Assembly (NCBI GenBank): GCA_030141605.1
Contig: JAQGDQ010001012.1
Location: 1-64,000, forward strand
Source of the DNA: Tubiluchus corallicola
Taxonomy: Eukaryota; Animalia; Priapulida
Direction: 5' to 3'
Length of the DNA stretch: 64,000 bases
A program made the position numbers and the translations under genes. The notes under the pieces were generated by a model. It saw only the letters and a program-made list of their open reading frames with translations, was not told where the DNA came from and did not search any database. Position 1 is the stretch's first letter. Each line of letters opens with the position of its first letter. Positions 60,945 to 64,000 of the stretch are shown here, piece by piece.

Positions 60945-62409
60945 CAGTAGGCACTGCTCAATAGACTCACGGTTAATAGACTCAATCGCTTAATTGACTC
61001 AAAAACGCCTAGTACGGGCTGCTTCTATTCTAATGTACCGTATTTTCCCGTGTATAAGAGACCCTTTTTTGCTCAGAATTTTCACTTTAAAAATAGGGGG
61101 TCTCTTATACATGGGAGTAAGTCTTTTCAATAAGATGCATAAATTGTGACACTAATGATTTTAAAGAAATAAGTGCTCTACAACTGTTTTATTTCGAATA
61201 ATTATAGTTTCCTTTCAATAAATCTTCTCCATGGCTAAATTCTAATGATAAAATTAATGTACCGGGTAAGTTATTATTTTTTTAAATGTCAAAAGAGGAC
61301 AATGCCATTTTTGAGCAGAGTGACTCCTCTGATGATGAACTGGCTGGAATTGCTGAAGGTCTGACTCCAGTTGATATTTTTGATGAGAGTGATGAGGAAT
61401 TTAATGATTTCTATGATGAATAAAGTTATTCATTACCAAAAAACTTTTTTCCAGAATTTTTGCCTAAAAATTGAAGGGGTCTCTTATACACAAGGGTCTC
61501 TTATACATGGGAAAATACGGTACATAAAATTGTCGGTAATTGACTCAAATAACTCCGCATAATTGACTCAATATTTTTGCTTCACATGCTGCAATAAGAC
61601 ACTTTCGTGTGACTAATAAGCTTTTGTGACTTTTATATCATCATGGTTCGCTTTTGTCCTATAATATGAGAAATAATCATGTTAAGTACCGTATTATTTG
61701 TAAGCTGGAACGTTTATCATACGGGCTTATATGCTAGCCTAATGTTTCCTTTGACTCGCCTGTCCACTGCAATTAACCTCATTACCCAAGAATTCCTGGA
61801 AGCTAAATATTTATTCACTTGTGTAGCGGTTTGCTTTTGAAGCTGTGGCTGTCTTTGCTAGAAAGTTTAATAAGCTAAATGTTGCTGTAATGCCAGGGAT
61901 GCACTACAGCACAGTACAGTAAGTACGTCACAATTATGACAAGTGGGAACTTAGGTGAAGCTACAGACGAAACTACTTGCGGGGAAACGCGGGCACCACC
62001 AGCAGTTTAAGCACGCCAAACACTAAGTATTTTACGAGAATTTGTGCATCAAACAACAACAGATTTTCAACGTTTTTATTATTATGATAACTTTGTGAGT
62101 CAACTTCTTCGCGACAAAATGGCACAGCTGACTTTGAAGGAATTTTTGCAAATAAACAGACTTATGTGATTTAGAAAAGTATACATTTTAATTTATTGCT
62201 AATTCACTTATATAAATTAATATTTTTAACTGCACAAAGGCATTTAGGCATTACTTCATTTTTGAAATTCATTAAAAACCTTTGCAGTGCATAGTAAGCT
62301 AATGGCTCATATTTCTATACCTGTAATACTACACCCATCGGTTAATAGGTTCAGTCAGTTAATTGGGTAAAAACACGTCGGTCCTAAAGTGAGTCTATTA
62401 AGCAGCGCC

Positions 62410-62414
<5 letters not shown>
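60945..62414. mobile_element. Non-autonomous Tigger/pogo-like element
   Basis: TA|CAGTAGGCACTGCTCAATAGACTCAC ... GTGAGTCTATTAAGCAGCGCCTACTA|TA, with subterminal TAATTGACTC repeats. Confidence 0.82.
61038..61520 (+). mobile_element. Tc2/pogo-type MITE (CCGTA ends) nested in the previous element
   Basis: TA|CCGTATTTTCCCGTGTATAAGAGACCC ... GGGTCTCTTATACATGGGAAAATACGG|TA. Retains an acidic transposase tail (DIFDESDEEFNDF). Confidence 0.9.
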
Positions 62415-62440
<26 letters not shown>

Positions 62441-63344
62441 CGTATATATGATAAAGTAACTAATAAGAATTAATAACAAATTAAACTGAGGAGACCTTGG
62501 CATGGCAATACCACCGCATTTCGTTAAGGCCACCTCGTAAGAAAAAAAGGAAAAGCAAAAGGGTCGGATATGAAAATGGGAAGGAAAAGAGAAATGATAA
62601 TGGAAAGGCAAAGGATAATCGATGAGAAGCAATGCTACATGGACAAAGACGCACCCTATAGCTAATAGAATTTCAAGTTATCAATGCGGAGCAATGTGTT
62701 ACTCTACATCCTATACAGATCAACTATGTAGCAATTTGTAAGTCGACATGTGTTGGTGTACATGTTAATGCAATGCAGCTTACAGTATTTTTTATAAGCC
62801 TGATAGTTATGAGTAATAGCCTTGTCAGTAACACAGTGTCATGTATCACTAACAATTCTATAAATTACGTGTTTTAACGAACATAAACCTGGGGCCAAAT
62901 TAAGTTTCTGTTCTTGGGATTTCAATCGTGAAAGTCTTGCCCCTGTAAACATTCAGGGTAGTAAAATAATATGAATGTAAAGAATTACTGCAGTTAAAAA
63001 AGATGCAGATCCAGTAGATGTAAATCCGGTAATTTTAACCTTTGAAATTCTTTCAAAACTGGTTTTGTATGTGCAAGATGCAGCCCATGAGCTAAAATTC
63101 TGATTGCTCTTTTTTGTAATTTAAATATATACGATTACTGTCACAACTAAAATTTTTGCCCCAATTTAACAACTGAAAATTAATACGTAACATAGCTAAC
63201 GTGTGATATAAAGTGAGAATTACATGTTGGGGGAAGTCTTGAGTTTATTCATGACTCCAATGGAATGTGTGTTTTAGCAGCAAGAGACTGAATGTGATCC
63301 GCCCACAAAAGAGTCATTTATAATTAAGCCTTATAATTATATTA

Positions 63345-64000
63345 CTAGCAAAGGCCCCGCAAAAGATTTTGCGTAAAAAACCACGTATAATCAATAACAC
63401 GCGAACATCCTACACAGTCCTCATGTATAACGCAAAGCCCGTAACATCCTGCCCTACTTACCTAACGCAAAACCTGTACTCGTGCCTACTGTATGTTTAA
63501 CTAACGCAAAGCAGCTTTTTGCTGAATTAAAGCTATAAGCAATAATGGATGACGTCAGCACAATGGAATTCGTCACAACAGTTTTCTAAGCGAAAATCGC
63601 CGAAAATGGAACCTCTAACTAACTCGTCGGTACTTCTCTCGGTGGACCTGCCCTAAAATATAGCCCACACCATCGTGTAGCCCCGTTCTTCCTCTTTCTA
63701 AAGAGCCGTATATCTCCTTCCGAGAGTCCCACCGGGCGACGCTAGAACGTTTTTCCCTCAGGCTGTTTGGCCAAAATTTCGAAAAAATCGCGAGTTGGGT
63801 CCGGGAAAACGCCCGTTACGGGACGCCGTGGCCCTCTCGGGAATTCTAAATATGCCTACTACACCTACCGCTGAACGGGCTATCTATCCATACCCAGCAC
63901 CACCCTCGGCCCGTTCCCGTTCTCTACATCTCAGCCGTATAACTTTTGCAAAAAACGGCCGAAAAAGGGCCATTTTTGGAGGTTTTTCGCCTCCCCCTTC
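63345..64000 (-). mobile_element. Non-autonomous Helitron-like element, 3' part (runs off the window)
   Basis: Minus strand ends ...TACGCAAAATCTTTTGCGGGGCCTTTGCTAG|T (hairpin + CTAG); GC-rich body. Confidence 0.7.

Overview
This is AT-rich, intron-rich animal genomic DNA, probably from an invertebrate; it is not prokaryotic. It holds parts of two spliced + strand genes. The first is the post-PH-domain exons of a Gab/DOS-family docking adaptor (6 exons, 2610-20790, phases consistent through to the stop). The second is the 5' part of a SOL/calpain-15 gene (six RanBP2-type zinc fingers plus the start of the CysPc domain, 45105-58861, continuing beyond the window). Most of the rest is transposable elements: a pogo/Tigger element, two decayed Gypsy elements, CR1/L2/I/RTE/Penelope fragments, hAT, Harbinger, Tc and Ginger-like MITEs, and Helitron ends. 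The most notable object is a very young LTR element (33921-38570) with 1183-bp LTRs that differ at one base I could find, a 5-bp TSD, a PBS and a PPT. Its only gene is an intact 388-aa Gag with a HEH/SAP-like N-terminus and a SCAN-like capsid region; it has no pol. All family assignments are from motifs read by eye; no database searches were run.
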